From positions 15,098 to 79,097 of IMG/VR virus record IMGVR_UViG_3300024346_008124: 64,000 nucleotides of DNA. One strand, written 5' to 3'. The notes under the pieces were generated by a model that made no database searches, was not told where the DNA came from, and saw only the letters and a program-made list of their open reading frames with translations. Shown one piece after another: positions 1-10,490 of this stretch (its first letter is position 1; every line of letters begins with the position of its first letter). The translations under genes and the position numbers were made by a program. The DNA is from a virus.

Positions 1-1306
1 TTTCAGAGACTTTTTTCATTGGTCGATTATGCCTACTGTGGACGCAGAGCCGCAGGCTGACCAGTGGATTAATACGTATTCTTCTGCGGATTCCGTGTTT
101 GCATATTCTGAATTTGGTAGAGACACTATGCTTAAACAATGCGATAGTATAAAGTTTGTTGACATAGCATCGCCAGCGGCTAGCAATAGCTTTACACCAG
201 CACCGAATAAGCGCGACCATAAAATTAATATGGGCATTTCTCCAGACTCTTTCATTGTAGGAACGGTCATGAGAAACCAAAGAAGAAAGCTGTATCCAGA
301 TTTAATGGAGTCGTTTAGAAGATTTCTAGACCAAACCCAAGATCCAAACGCTTTCCTTTATTGTCACACATACTACCCAGATGTTGGTTGGGATCTACCT
401 AATCTAATTTATGAAAATGGGTTGTCTGGTAGAGTCTTGATGACATACAAGTGTAAATCCTGTAAAAATATATCTGTTGATTTCTTCAAGGATGCCGTTA
501 GCGCCTGTGATAAATGTAAATCATTCTCCAATGCCATAGTGGGAATATCTAATCCCATAGACGAAAAAGAGCTTTCTGATATATACAATTGTTTTGATAT
601 TTACGTTCAGTATGCTAATAGCGAAGGGTTCGGTATGCCCCAGCTAGAGGCTGCCAACTGCGGGCTACCCGTTATTTCTACTCACTACTCAGCTATGGAG
701 TCTGTTGTTAAAAATATTGGTGGATATGGGGTTATACCTAAGCAATACTATGTAGAATGTGAAACAGGGTGCAAGAGGGCTATACCAGATAACGATTCGT
801 TCGTTGGTCTTTTGACTCAGCTTCATAGTGAAAAAGATAAGTTAAAACAGTTAGGGTCTCAAGTTAGAGACAGAGCGTTAGAAAACTATAGCTGGGACAA
901 GACCGCCGATGCTTGGGCTAAACATTTTAACGCAGTAGAAAAAAAAGACCCAGCGACTACGTGGTATTCTCCGCTAAATGCGCCAGAGCCAGAAATAAAC
1001 ATGTTACAAAATCCAGAATCTATGGCGCATTCTGTAAATCATATATTTACTAATGTGTTACATAAGCCAGAATGGATAGGTGGTTATTTATGGAAGAGGG
1101 TTTTGAGAGACGTAACCTTCGGCTATAGGTGCGAAAACATGGATAAACAGTTCTATTTTAACGAATCTCATAAAAAAACCAACACTTCAAATGCTCCGTT
1201 CTGCCTAGAGGACGCATATAAAGAAATGATAAACTTTAGAAAGCAATTAAATAACTGGGAACACTCCAGAGTGCAACGTAACCAACAGGAGATGGAAAAT
1301 AAATGA
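1..1306 (+). CDS. GT4-family glycosyltransferase (5'-truncated by window edge), with inserted CxxC...CxxC segment
   Basis: Frame is open from base 2 (FRDFFHWSI-MPTV...), so the true start lies upstream. GT-B C-terminal motifs: VMRNQRRK and DIYVQYANSEGFGMPQLEAANCGLPVI (EGFG...E signature). Confidence 0.85.
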   Translation, partial: FRDFFHWSIMPTVDAEPQADQWINTYSSADSVFAYSEFGRDTMLKQCDSIKFVDIASPAASNSFTPAPNKRDHKINMGISPDSFIVGTVMRNQRRKLYPDLMESFRRFLDQTQDPNAFLYCHTYYPDVGWDLPNLIYENGLSGRVLMTYKCKSCKNISVDFFKDAVSACDKCKSFSNAIVGISNPIDEKELSDIYNCFDIYVQYANSEGFGMPQLEAANCGLPVISTHYSAMESVVKNIGGYGVIPKQYYVECETGCKRAIPDNDSFVGLLTQLHSEKDKLKQLGSQVRDRALENYSWDKTADAWAKHFNAVEKKDPATTWYSPLNAPEPEINMLQNPESMAHSVNHIFTNVLHKPEWIGGYLWKRVLRDVTFGYRCENMDKQFYFNESHKKTNTSNAPFCLEDAYKEMINFRKQLNNWEHSRVQRNQQEMENK

Positions 1307-2397
1307 AAGTCTTATATATAGGAAATTATAAAGACGGCACAGGTTGGGCGAACGCTTGTATAAATAATATATTGGCTTTAGACGCTGCGGGAATAGAGGT
1401 TGTTCCTAGAGCCATAACTTTTAACAAAGCAGACGGAGAGTGTCCAAAAAGAGTTTTAGAACTAGAGGGAAATTCTGAATCTGGTTGCGACACATGTATT
1501 CAACATACGCTTCCCCATTTATACTCGTACAATTCTAAGTTTAAAAATATAGGATTTTTAGCTACAGAAACTAGTAACTTTATAGAAAGTTCTTGGCAGC
1601 ATCATGCGAATCTTATGGATGAGATATGGGTTCCTACCAAGTCTTGCAAGTCTGCCTGTGTTCATAGTGGTGTTAATAAACCTGTAAAAGTCGCGCCTCA
1701 CTCCCTAGACCTCACGCCCTACCAGTCTGAAAAATATAGGCAAGACGGTCCAAAAGTTGATAATCTTGTAAACACATTCAATTTCGCCTTTGTCGGTGAA
1801 TTTGTAGAAAGGAAAAACTTACAAGCAATAGCTAGAGCTTTTCATTCAGAATTTGATTACGACGAACCCGTAAATCTATATGTAAAAACTTCTGCGCAGT
1901 CGTTAGAATATGTTCAAAATTATTTCGAGCAAGTGAGAAATGGTTTAAAAATAAGAAAGAAATACAAAGAAGAAATTGTTATATGCGGAAGCTTACCAAA
2001 AGAAAACTACATATCAGTATTGTCTCAGTGCCACTCTTTTGTTATGCCTAGTCGCGGAGAGGGTTTTTGTATTCCAGCGCTAGAGGCGATGGCGATGGGC
2101 ATTCCTGTAATCTACACAAAGGGAACAGGCATGGACGACTTCTGCTCAGGTTCTGCGGTAAAATCTTCAGAGGTTCCGTGCTTTGGCGCTATGTCAACAC
2201 TAGATTATTTATACACCTCTAATGAAAAATGGAGAGAGGTAGATATTGAAGACTTGATGGTATGTATGCGAAATGCATTTATGAGGTGGAAAACAAAGTG
2301 GGCTACAGAAGATAGTCACCAAGCCTTAAAGGGTGCTGAAAAATTTTCTCATAAAGAGGTAGGATTAAAATTAAAGGAGATACTAAATGACCGCTAG
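1303..2397 (+). CDS. GT4-family glycosyltransferase
   Basis: FVGEFVERKN and FVMPSRGEGFCIPALEAMAMGIPVI motifs; ATGA overlap with upstream gene. Confidence 0.9.
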   Translation: MKVLYIGNYKDGTGWANACINNILALDAAGIEVVPRAITFNKADGECPKRVLELEGNSESGCDTCIQHTLPHLYSYNSKFKNIGFLATETSNFIESSWQHHANLMDEIWVPTKSCKSACVHSGVNKPVKVAPHSLDLTPYQSEKYRQDGPKVDNLVNTFNFAFVGEFVERKNLQAIARAFHSEFDYDEPVNLYVKTSAQSLEYVQNYFEQVRNGLKIRKKYKEEIVICGSLPKENYISVLSQCHSFVMPSRGEGFCIPALEAMAMGIPVIYTKGTGMDDFCSGSAVKSSEVPCFGAMSTLDYLYTSNEKWREVDIEDLMVCMRNAFMRWKTKWATEDSHQALKGAEKFSHKEVGLKLKEILNDR

Positions 2398-3412
2398 TGC
2401 AAGCCAGAGAGCCATAAGATCAATAATGCGTAAATGTGATCCTGAAAGAAAGCTAAACATATTAACATTCGCCACGCACGAAAGATATGAAGAAAATCTT
2501 TGTAAAACTGGTCATAACTTTTATTCATTAGCGATTGGCAAGACTTGGGATACAGACTATGCTCCGGTTCCAGACAACTATCATATCATCAATACTATAC
2601 CGGACTACGTTGATTTTGATCTAATCTTGACACATACTTCATGTGACAGAATGTTTCAGGCACATCAACACTTAACCGGTTTAGATATTTCTAGCGGCAA
2701 TAAAACAGGCATCCCCATTCTTAGGCATACCCATGTTCTTCCTGACGTTAGGTTTGACGTAGCTGCTCAGATTGCAGCGTTTCAACAGTATCCAAGAGAC
2801 AAAGACTCATTTATATCTGAATACAACATGGGCGCTTGGGGTATGGTTAGCGGAACTTCTACTGGGGTTGTAGAACATGGCGTAAACACAGACTTTTGGA
2901 ATGATGGAAGGTTAAAAAGGGATGCCGTCTGCCTTTCTGTTGTGAATGATTGGCCCAATAGAGATTGGTGTTGCGGATTTAACCTTTGGAAGCAGACAGT
3001 TCAGGGTCTGCCTGTAAAAGTCTATGGTAAAAGTCCGGGGTTTTCTGAGCCTGCAAACTCTACAGAACACTTGAGAGAAATTTATCAATCTTCAAGAATA
3101 TTCTATAATACCTCTTTACACTCCCCTGTTCCCAGTGTATTATTAGAAGCTATGGCTTGTGGTTGCGCTATTGTTTCTACCTCCAACTGCATGATACCAG
3201 AAATAATCGAGAACGGCAAGAATGGACTAATTTCAAATGACCCCAAAGAACTGCGCAGCTTCTTAGAGCTTCTTCTTAAAGATGAAAACTTAGCAAAAGA
3301 ACTAGGTGGCAACGCTAGAAAAACCATAGTTGAAAAATATAATCTCGAAAGATTTGTTGATAGCTGGAACAATCTACTACACTCTACAGTAAATGAATAC
3401 AGGAACATATAA
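2387..3412 (+). CDS. GT4-family glycosyltransferase
   Basis: IFYNTS..SPVPSVLLEAMACGCAIVST..IPEIIENGKNGL motif; AAGGAG RBS. Confidence 0.88.
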   Translation: MTASASQRAIRSIMRKCDPERKLNILTFATHERYEENLCKTGHNFYSLAIGKTWDTDYAPVPDNYHIINTIPDYVDFDLILTHTSCDRMFQAHQHLTGLDISSGNKTGIPILRHTHVLPDVRFDVAAQIAAFQQYPRDKDSFISEYNMGAWGMVSGTSTGVVEHGVNTDFWNDGRLKRDAVCLSVVNDWPNRDWCCGFNLWKQTVQGLPVKVYGKSPGFSEPANSTEHLREIYQSSRIFYNTSLHSPVPSVLLEAMACGCAIVSTSNCMIPEIIENGKNGLISNDPKELRSFLELLLKDENLAKELGGNARKTIVEKYNLERFVDSWNNLLHSTVNEYRNI

Positions 3413-3828
3413 TGAAAATTTATCTATCTACCAAACCGCCCTCAGACATGTCATTCAAACACTGCTCAAATCTAGCTGCGTTAGAGGGCATGGCTTTAGA
3501 TGGCGAAGTAACGAGTCTAACAATAGATTGTTTTCTTTCTTCGTTTTCTTTTCAGGAAGTCAAAGAAGCGGTGCAAGAAATACTAAAAAAATGTAGAATG
3601 AAGTGTGAGGTTAATATTATAGAAATGGATTCTAATGTAATATTTAGGCTTTACACAAGGGGAGAGATACAGCTAGACTATTTAAACAACTTGTTTTTTA
3701 ATAGTCCGAAAAAAAGCGTCCTTAATACAGACACTATACAGTCCTGCATTCCTGATAATTTTTCCATAGAAGAAAAGTCAATATCTAGCCAAGGATTTTC
3801 AAGCATTAAAATTAGGAGAGTAGTATGA
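3412..3828 (+). CDS. hypothetical protein (possible degenerate methyltransferase-like fragment)
   Basis: TAATG coupling to the previous gene and ATGA coupling to the next; no clear motif. Confidence 0.6.
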   Translation: MKIYLSTKPPSDMSFKHCSNLAALEGMALDGEVTSLTIDCFLSSFSFQEVKEAVQEILKKCRMKCEVNIIEMDSNVIFRLYTRGEIQLDYLNNLFFNSPKKSVLNTDTIQSCIPDNFSIEEKSISSQGFSSIKIRRVV

Positions 3829-4625
3829 AACCGGAAACACACTGTGAAGGATGCGTATTTGCCGTAGAAAGAGACGGTAAGCAATCAGGATGTCAATTAT
3901 ACAGATCTGAAAAACTGGGGATAAAAGATAACGATGAAGACTTCTATACGCTAGAAAGGTACTGCAACACCTTTCGCCCAGAAGAGTGGCTAACAACGCT
4001 ATCTTTAAAAGACCACAAGAATAGACATCAAGTAGTACTAAAAGAAATAGTCTCTAGGGTTGGATTTTTTGTTGTTTTAGATACATCTAAAGAAAACGCC
4101 ATACAAGACCTGCAAATAACCATAGAGGACATAAAAAACCAAACACTGCACAGGGCTAGGTACGTGGTGGTTGTAACAGATAAAACTGAATACAATGAAG
4201 AAATTCAAAAGATGCTCGTAGAGAATTTTGACCACGACAAAACACTGCATCACCTAATAAAAGTTTCTCACATACCAGAAAAAAAGATGCTTTTAATTGA
4301 TGAATGCTTTAAACACGCTAAAAACGGATGGGTTTATACCACAACTTCCGGGCAGCGGGTTGATCAAGAGTTGATAGAGAAAATAAACCAAAGAGTAAAT
4401 ATAGATATGAAAAGACTATCTATAGTAAAGCCATACGAAGGTTTTAATGGACTATTGTTTTCAACTCCGCTTTTTAAATTTTTAAACGGAAATAATAAAA
4501 CCGCTTATGAAACAGAAGATGGCGAACTTGGATTTGACGATAGACCCTTTTTAGAAAAGGTTGAAGACATGAAAGACGAAACTGGCGAAACTCTTATTAC
4601 TTGGGAGGAATTTAATGCTTCCTAA
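3825..4625 (+). CDS. hypothetical protein with N-terminal Cys cluster and possible degenerate GT-A-like body
   Basis: N-terminal CEGCVF...GCQL...YCNTFR; AGGAG RBS; operon-coupled. Confidence 0.6.
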   Translation: MKPETHCEGCVFAVERDGKQSGCQLYRSEKLGIKDNDEDFYTLERYCNTFRPEEWLTTLSLKDHKNRHQVVLKEIVSRVGFFVVLDTSKENAIQDLQITIEDIKNQTLHRARYVVVVTDKTEYNEEIQKMLVENFDHDKTLHHLIKVSHIPEKKMLLIDECFKHAKNGWVYTTTSGQRVDQELIEKINQRVNIDMKRLSIVKPYEGFNGLLFSTPLFKFLNGNNKTAYETEDGELGFDDRPFLEKVEDMKDETGETLITWEEFNAS

Positions 4626-5349
4626 AATTGCTATTATCTGTGCTAACTATAACTACGGACGGTTTATTATTGAAGGCATGGAAAGTATAAAAAAACAACA
4701 CTACAAAGGCGAGATAAGGCTTTACATTGTAGACGATGGGTCTTCTGACGATTCATGGGAAAAAATATCAGAATTTGCAGAGAAAGATCCTGACTTTGTT
4801 TTTGCTCAAAGAATACAAAACTCAGGCGCTAGTGTGGCCCGTAACACAGCGTTAGCTGCCGCTTGGGAATGGGCTGATATATTTGGCATCCTAGATGCTG
4901 ATGACTCCTATAAGCTGAACAAGGTTGAAAAACTAGTAGAAAAGCTAATGGAATACCCAGAAGTTGGCGTTGCTTATGGAGACTATGATATTCATAGAAA
5001 CTATAGCGATAAACACTATGTAAAATATGAAGCTAAAGACTCATATTGCAGACGAGGATTATCTCAAAGTTGCATGATCCATAGTAACGCGCTTATCAAA
5101 AAAGAGTATTTAGAAAAGGTTGTGCTTCCTAATGGAGAAATCTTTGATAGTAGATTACATGGTCCCGCTAGCCGGGGTTTTATAGGATGTACAGAAGACT
5201 ACGACCTATGGCTAAGGCTGTCTCATTACTGTGTGATCTGCCATGTGCCAGAGTCTCTTTCTATAGTAAACGAAAGTGGTCAAAATCAATCTATGAAAAT
5301 GACACCGGAAATCTTTCAACAACAAGCTCAGATCTTAGGTAGTAGATAG
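4615..5349 (+). CDS. GT2-family glycosyltransferase
   Basis: IICANYNYGRFI, IVDDGSSD, NSGASVARN, LDADD (DxD), EDYDLWLR motifs. Confidence 0.93.
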   Translation: MLPKIAIICANYNYGRFIIEGMESIKKQHYKGEIRLYIVDDGSSDDSWEKISEFAEKDPDFVFAQRIQNSGASVARNTALAAAWEWADIFGILDADDSYKLNKVEKLVEKLMEYPEVGVAYGDYDIHRNYSDKHYVKYEAKDSYCRRGLSQSCMIHSNALIKKEYLEKVVLPNGEIFDSRLHGPASRGFIGCTEDYDLWLRLSHYCVICHVPESLSIVNESGQNQSMKMTPEIFQQQAQILGSR

Positions 5350-6077
5350 TGGCAAGATTTACAAGAGAAATAACAACCAGAGTAAAAAGTAAAAATAACA
5401 AAGACGATATGGCTGTTATAATACTTTCTGCCGGTGTTGGAAGTAGGATAAAATCAAACGAGCCTAGAAGCTTAATAAAAATAGGCAGCAAAACCCTAAT
5501 AGAGCATCAGATAGATTTAATAAACAACAATTTAGTAAACCATGAAATTATTGGAGCATTTGGTTATGCTATAGAAAAAATTATAAAGAAGATACATGGA
5601 AAAATAAGGGTTGTAGAAAATCAAGTTTATGAAGATACAAATAACTCAGAAAGTCTTAGGCTTGCTGTAAACAATACTAATAAAAATAATATAATGTTTT
5701 TTCATGGGGACTTATATTTTAACGATTCTATATTTAAAAACATAGATTTTAAAAAATCTTTTTTAGTTATAGATAGAAAAGATATGATGAAATCTAAAGA
5801 GATAGGGGTCACTATACAAAACAATAAAGCCACAATATTGTCATATGGACTTCCTACAAAGTGGTGTCAAACAGCATTTATCACAGGTAGGGAGTTGAAG
5901 ATATTAAGGAGTATTTTATCAAAACTTCAAGGCAGTCAGAAAAAAATGCTGTCTTTTGAGATAATAAATAAAATGATTTCTATGGGAGCGAATTTTGAAT
6001 GTTATGAACCAAACGATATGTCTATAGTAGAAATAGACTGCATAAAGGACTTAAAGAATGAAAATTTTAATCTGTAG
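5349..6077 (+). CDS. NTP-transferase family protein (sugar/choline-phosphate nucleotidylyltransferase-like)
   Basis: IILSAGVGSRI...PRSLIKIG, N..Y..TNN.ESL, HGDL, EID..KDL; GTG start overlapping the upstream TAG. Confidence 0.8.
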   Translation: MARFTREITTRVKSKNNKDDMAVIILSAGVGSRIKSNEPRSLIKIGSKTLIEHQIDLINNNLVNHEIIGAFGYAIEKIIKKIHGKIRVVENQVYEDTNNSESLRLAVNNTNKNNIMFFHGDLYFNDSIFKNIDFKKSFLVIDRKDMMKSKEIGVTIQNNKATILSYGLPTKWCQTAFITGRELKILRSILSKLQGSQKKMLSFEIINKMISMGANFECYEPNDMSIVEIDCIKDLKNENFNL

Positions 6078-7110
6078 CGATGGTCGTCACGCACACTACT
6101 TCCAAAGAATGGCTTGGGCAAACGCTTTCGCCGCCGTGGGGTATCAAGTTATGCTGTGGGACTGCAAGACCGTCCCGGCTTTTGACATATTTGATCAGTT
6201 TGAACCCGATGTGTTTTTGGGGCAGGCTTATAACCTAGACGAAGCTTTAATAAAGTGTATATATGAAAGACCACACCTGAAGGTGGGTCTACGTGCTGGA
6301 GACTGGGGAGACCAAGAAAAAGAAGTAGACAAGTCTAGGTACAACATTTTGTTCTGCTCCAAGAAAGAAAAAGAACTACTTAAAAAACTCAAAGACGAAA
6401 CGGGAAAACCAGACTTTGTACATATTCATTATAATGATGCCGACATTAAAAGAACTCATAACTATTTTGAAACCATCGGAATCAAACCTGTGTCGTTGAT
6501 GATGTGTGCAGATACAGCGGTTTACGGAGACGCTCAGGTTGATCAAAGGCTAACATGTGATATAGGCTTTGTGGGTGGCTATTGGCCTTACAAGGGGCAA
6601 GTGATTGACCGCTATCTTACTCCACTATTACATCCTCTTGACCGTTACAAGGTAAAAATATTTGGAAACCAGCCTTGGGGGGTAAATCAATACTGCGGAC
6701 TCATAGACGATGGCGATGTCAAAAACCTTTTTAAGTCTGCGAAGATATGTCCAAATCTTAGCGAGCCTCACGCACAGGTATACGGCATAGATGTAAATGA
6801 AAGAATATTTAAGATTCTATATGCGGGCGGCTTCTGTATTAGCGATAATGTAGAAGCATACAAGATGTTTGGTGATGGTATTGTAATTGCAGATTCTCCA
6901 GATGACTTTAGAGATAAGATTGAATACTATGCAAGCACTGATAAAGGGACGATAGATAGATCTTTTATTATTAAAAATGGTCAGGATTTTGTTACCGAAA
7001 ACCATACTGGCTTTCATAGGATTTCAACAATCATGGAAGCTGTTGGATACAGCGATGTAGCTGGGGAGATTTTGAAAGCTTACAAGGATAAATTAAATGA
7101 GCAAAAGTAA
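6058..7110 (+). CDS. CgeB-like (Glyco_trans_1_2) glycosyltransferase
   Basis: DIGFVGG, VKIFG..W, SAKICPNL, NERIFKILYAGGFCISD, HTGFHRI motifs. Confidence 0.82.
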   Translation: MKILICSDGRHAHYFQRMAWANAFAAVGYQVMLWDCKTVPAFDIFDQFEPDVFLGQAYNLDEALIKCIYERPHLKVGLRAGDWGDQEKEVDKSRYNILFCSKKEKELLKKLKDETGKPDFVHIHYNDADIKRTHNYFETIGIKPVSLMMCADTAVYGDAQVDQRLTCDIGFVGGYWPYKGQVIDRYLTPLLHPLDRYKVKIFGNQPWGVNQYCGLIDDGDVKNLFKSAKICPNLSEPHAQVYGIDVNERIFKILYAGGFCISDNVEAYKMFGDGIVIADSPDDFRDKIEYYASTDKGTIDRSFIIKNGQDFVTENHTGFHRISTIMEAVGYSDVAGEILKAYKDKLNEQK

Positions 7111-8062
7111 AGTTATTATTACGGGCGGCAGTGGTTTTCTTGGTAAGGCTGTAAACAAAACACTAAAAGACAATTTGTTCTATGACGTTGTGTCTCTTGG
7201 TGGTAAAAGAGATTACGATCTAACAAACCAAAAACAGGTTGACTATCTATATAAAGAACATGAACCAGATATAATTGTTCATTTAGCGGCTAAGGTTGGG
7301 GGAATAGGTGCCAACAAAGGTAATCCGGGCCTTTTTCTTTATGAAAATCTGGTCATGGGTATGAATCTTATAGAAACCGCCAGAAAGTATGGAAAGCTTA
7401 AAAAGTTTGTAATGATTGGAACGGTTTGTGCGTATCCTAAATTTACACCTGTGCCTTTTAAAGAAGAAGATCTTTGGAACGGATATCCAGAAGAAACTAA
7501 CGCGCCATACGGAATCGCTAAAAAAACCCTAACGGAAATGCTAATTGCCTATAATGACCAGTACGGTCTTAACTGCACAAACTTAATTCCTGTCAATATG
7601 TACGGACCCAATGATCATTTTGACCCCGCGATCAGTCATGTTATTCCCGCTATTATCTTAAAAATAGATAAAGCTATTGATAAAAAAGAAGGCGCTGTTG
7701 AGCTATGGGGTACTGGAAAAGCCAGTAGAGAGTTTCTATACATAAACGACTGTGCGGAAGCTATTAAAAAAGCAGTAGAAATAGACACTACCCCACATCC
7801 AATAAACATAGGAACAGGCTCTGAGTGTACAATTAAAGACTTAGCCAATAAAATCGGAAGGATGATGAACTACGAAGGATACGTAGGATTTAATACAAAT
7901 AGCCTAGACGGACAACCTAGGAGGTGTTTAGATACGTCTAAAGCAAGTAAGGTATTGGGATTTGAAGCTAAAACAGATCTTGATAGAGGGTTGCATGATA
8001 CAATAAGTTGGTACTACAAAAATAAGGAAAAGTTTGTTGATTACTTCGATCATATTCAGTAA
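7097..8062 (+). CDS. fcl: GDP-L-fucose synthase / GDP-4-keto-6-deoxysugar epimerase-reductase (Fcl/WcaG/ColC type)
   Basis: ITGGSGFLG, HLAAKVGGIGAN, GTVCAYP, YGIAKK (YxxxK), SHVIPA, WGTGKASREF, DGQPRR. Confidence 0.93.
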   Translation: MSKSKVIITGGSGFLGKAVNKTLKDNLFYDVVSLGGKRDYDLTNQKQVDYLYKEHEPDIIVHLAAKVGGIGANKGNPGLFLYENLVMGMNLIETARKYGKLKKFVMIGTVCAYPKFTPVPFKEEDLWNGYPEETNAPYGIAKKTLTEMLIAYNDQYGLNCTNLIPVNMYGPNDHFDPAISHVIPAIILKIDKAIDKKEGAVELWGTGKASREFLYINDCAEAIKKAVEIDTTPHPINIGTGSECTIKDLANKIGRMMNYEGYVGFNTNSLDGQPRRCLDTSKASKVLGFEAKTDLDRGLHDTISWYYKNKEKFVDYFDHIQ

Positions 8063-8894
8063 AAATAGGCCACTTCAGCTTGACCTATGTTTAAAGAGCA
8101 TAAAAAAGAACTTCAAGCAATCTACTAAGAATATTGTTATTTGCAATAACGACGAAGAGTTTGATGAAGCTCATCACACTTTAAAAAGCGAGCATTCAGA
8201 TGTTATGTTTTGGAATCAGTCGGACTCTTTATTTCATGACATAAATAGAATGGTTAAACTCCCGCTCAATGATTATATTTGCTTTTTTGTGGACGACTGT
8301 ATCTGTTTTAACAAAGTGGATTTACCACAAGACATATTTAATATTCCAGAAATTTGTTGCTTTTCTTTGCGGTTGGGTAAAAATATTTCACAAAGGATGC
8401 ACGACAACAAGGCTTATCCAGATGAACCATATAGCCACGGGCTTGACTCAACCGAAAAATATATGTTTTGGAATAAAACCTCTTACTGCTACGGTTCGTA
8501 TTGGTCTTATTCTCACTCTGTTGACGGACATATATTTAAAAAGTCAGATATGCAAAAAATAACGTCTGAACTATGGGAGTTGTCTGAGTTTAAAAACTGG
8601 AAACAAACACCAAATGAATTTGAATCTGCTATACAGAGATTTTGGCCTTTAAGCCCGCCCGTAATGGTGTGTCCGGTAGAAAGTTGTGTAGTAAATAGCC
8701 CAAATAACAAAGTTCAAAAAAGTCACGACAATAGATCTGGAGATGTTTTTGACTACGATGAAAAAAAACTGCTTGAAAAATACAATAGTGGTCTTAGAAT
8801 AGACATAGAAGAAACCTGCGCTTATTTAAGACTACCATTTAATAAGATTAAATCCCCCCATACAGAAATTGATATTTTAAAAGGCTTAAAATGA
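8034..8894 (+). CDS. putative GT-A glycosyltransferase
   Basis: IIFSKNRPLQLDLCL, FFVDD, FSLRLG, SVDGHIF, PNEFE motifs seen in GT2-like proteins; TTG start. Confidence 0.65.
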   Translation: MLITSIIFSKNRPLQLDLCLKSIKKNFKQSTKNIVICNNDEEFDEAHHTLKSEHSDVMFWNQSDSLFHDINRMVKLPLNDYICFFVDDCICFNKVDLPQDIFNIPEICCFSLRLGKNISQRMHDNKAYPDEPYSHGLDSTEKYMFWNKTSYCYGSYWSYSHSVDGHIFKKSDMQKITSELWELSEFKNWKQTPNEFESAIQRFWPLSPPVMVCPVESCVVNSPNNKVQKSHDNRSGDVFDYDEKKLLEKYNSGLRIDIEETCAYLRLPFNKIKSPHTEIDILKGLK

Positions 8895-9637
8895 ATTACG
8901 ACTTAATTATACCGTGTCATCCTAAAGACTATTTTAAGTTAAAATATTGCATTAGTTCCTGTGTAGAATTTTTAAATCCCAAACCTCAAAACATTTACAT
9001 AGTTTCTCCAAATGAATTTTCTTTTACATCCCCGTCCATACCTATACACTCTATCCAAGACGAGTTTGCGATAAGAACTGATATAAATGATATTAATTTT
9101 CAAAGAAAAAACTGGATATATCAACAATTCATAAAACTAGGACAGGACTTTACTAAAAATGATATGTATCTATGTGTTGATAGCGATCTCTTCTTTAATA
9201 AGCCTATAGAATTATTCGATGAAGACAAGCCCAAGTTCTTTATAAGCGATAGAGAACAGCACCACCAGCCCTACTTTAACTTCATGAAAATATCTCATGA
9301 TTTAGATAGACAGGTAGATCATACTTTTATTAATGACTTTATGATGTTTGACAGAAGTGTTTGCCACGAAATTATTGGTAACGATCTAAGTAACTTGTCG
9401 CCACTCCTAGGATTCTGTAATAAAAATCTTTCAGACGACTGCCTCCTTTCTGAGTTTGAACTATATGGAAACTATGTTTCTAAGCACTATCCTGATTTGT
9501 ATGCAAAACAAAATACAAAAACAAAAATGTTCGGAAGACATGTAAATCAACCTTGGAACGAAAGCGAGATTGATCAATACGTAAAATATATGAAAGATAC
9601 TGACTACGACTTATTCACCATGCATACTTGGACATAA
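8891..9637 (+). CDS. putative GT-A glycosyltransferase (DUF6492-like)
   Basis: IPCHPKD, WIYQQFIKL, VDSD (DxD), LSEFELYGNY. Confidence 0.7.
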   Translation: MNYDLIIPCHPKDYFKLKYCISSCVEFLNPKPQNIYIVSPNEFSFTSPSIPIHSIQDEFAIRTDINDINFQRKNWIYQQFIKLGQDFTKNDMYLCVDSDLFFNKPIELFDEDKPKFFISDREQHHQPYFNFMKISHDLDRQVDHTFINDFMMFDRSVCHEIIGNDLSNLSPLLGFCNKNLSDDCLLSEFELYGNYVSKHYPDLYAKQNTKTKMFGRHVNQPWNESEIDQYVKYMKDTDYDLFTMHTWT

Positions 9638-9638
9638 T

Positions 9639-10490
9639 ATGAGAATTGTAAATACATTTATTTCTGAAACAAACGAAATACCTAAATATACAGAACACTC
9701 TCTTAGGCAAGCTAGGAAATTCAACCCTTCCATTCCTATAGATTTTATATCTCCGTCTCCCGCTGAATATTTTGAAGAATTAAACATTAACTGGATTAAC
9801 CAGTCAGGTATAAATAGCGAAGAGCTAAAAAGATTTAAAGAGGTTTCTTGGTTTGACAGACACGGAACACCCAATACAACACATCCTAGCCCGGAAGGGT
9901 TTTGGCAAAAAACAGCAGAAAGAATATTTTACCTTCAGGCTTATATAAAACAAAATAACCTAAATGAAATATTTCACTTTGAAAATGACGTTTTGTTGTA
10001 CGATAGTATAAATGAAATACAAACTACAGATAAATTAACCGTAACACCAATGTCTAGTAGTCATACCACTTTCGCTTTTACTTTTATACCTACGGCAGAA
10101 GAGATAACTAAACTTTGCTGCTTTTTTAATAACGCCCTTTCTTTCGGAGAGAACAATTTATTATCTTTAGGGTATGACCACATAAGCGAAATGTCTCTTT
10201 TAAATATGTCACTTAAAAATAACTTGGTTAGCGTGTTTCCCGTCGTACCCGCAGAAGATCAAAAATACGTATTTGATCCGGGGTCGTATGGTCAGCACTT
10301 AGGAGGCACAAACAATGGACATGCAGAGGGGTTTATAGATCCGTCTCACGTCATAGGGGCATATATAAAAACGGGTAAAATAGAAACTAAATTTGAAGAA
10401 TGTCCGTATGTAAAATTTAAATACTCAAAAGATTGGTGTAAGGTTTTTAATCTACATGTCCACAGTAAAAACTTAGAGAGGTTTGTATGA
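9639..10490 (+). CDS. putative glycosyltransferase
   Basis: ERIFYL, FHFENDVLLY, FDP..YGQ.LGG, FNLHVHSK motifs; operon context. Confidence 0.62.
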   Translation: MRIVNTFISETNEIPKYTEHSLRQARKFNPSIPIDFISPSPAEYFEELNINWINQSGINSEELKRFKEVSWFDRHGTPNTTHPSPEGFWQKTAERIFYLQAYIKQNNLNEIFHFENDVLLYDSINEIQTTDKLTVTPMSSSHTTFAFTFIPTAEEITKLCCFFNNALSFGENNLLSLGYDHISEMSLLNMSLKNNLVSVFPVVPAEDQKYVFDPGSYGQHLGGTNNGHAEGFIDPSHVIGAYIKTGKIETKFEECPYVKFKYSKDWCKVFNLHVHSKNLERFV

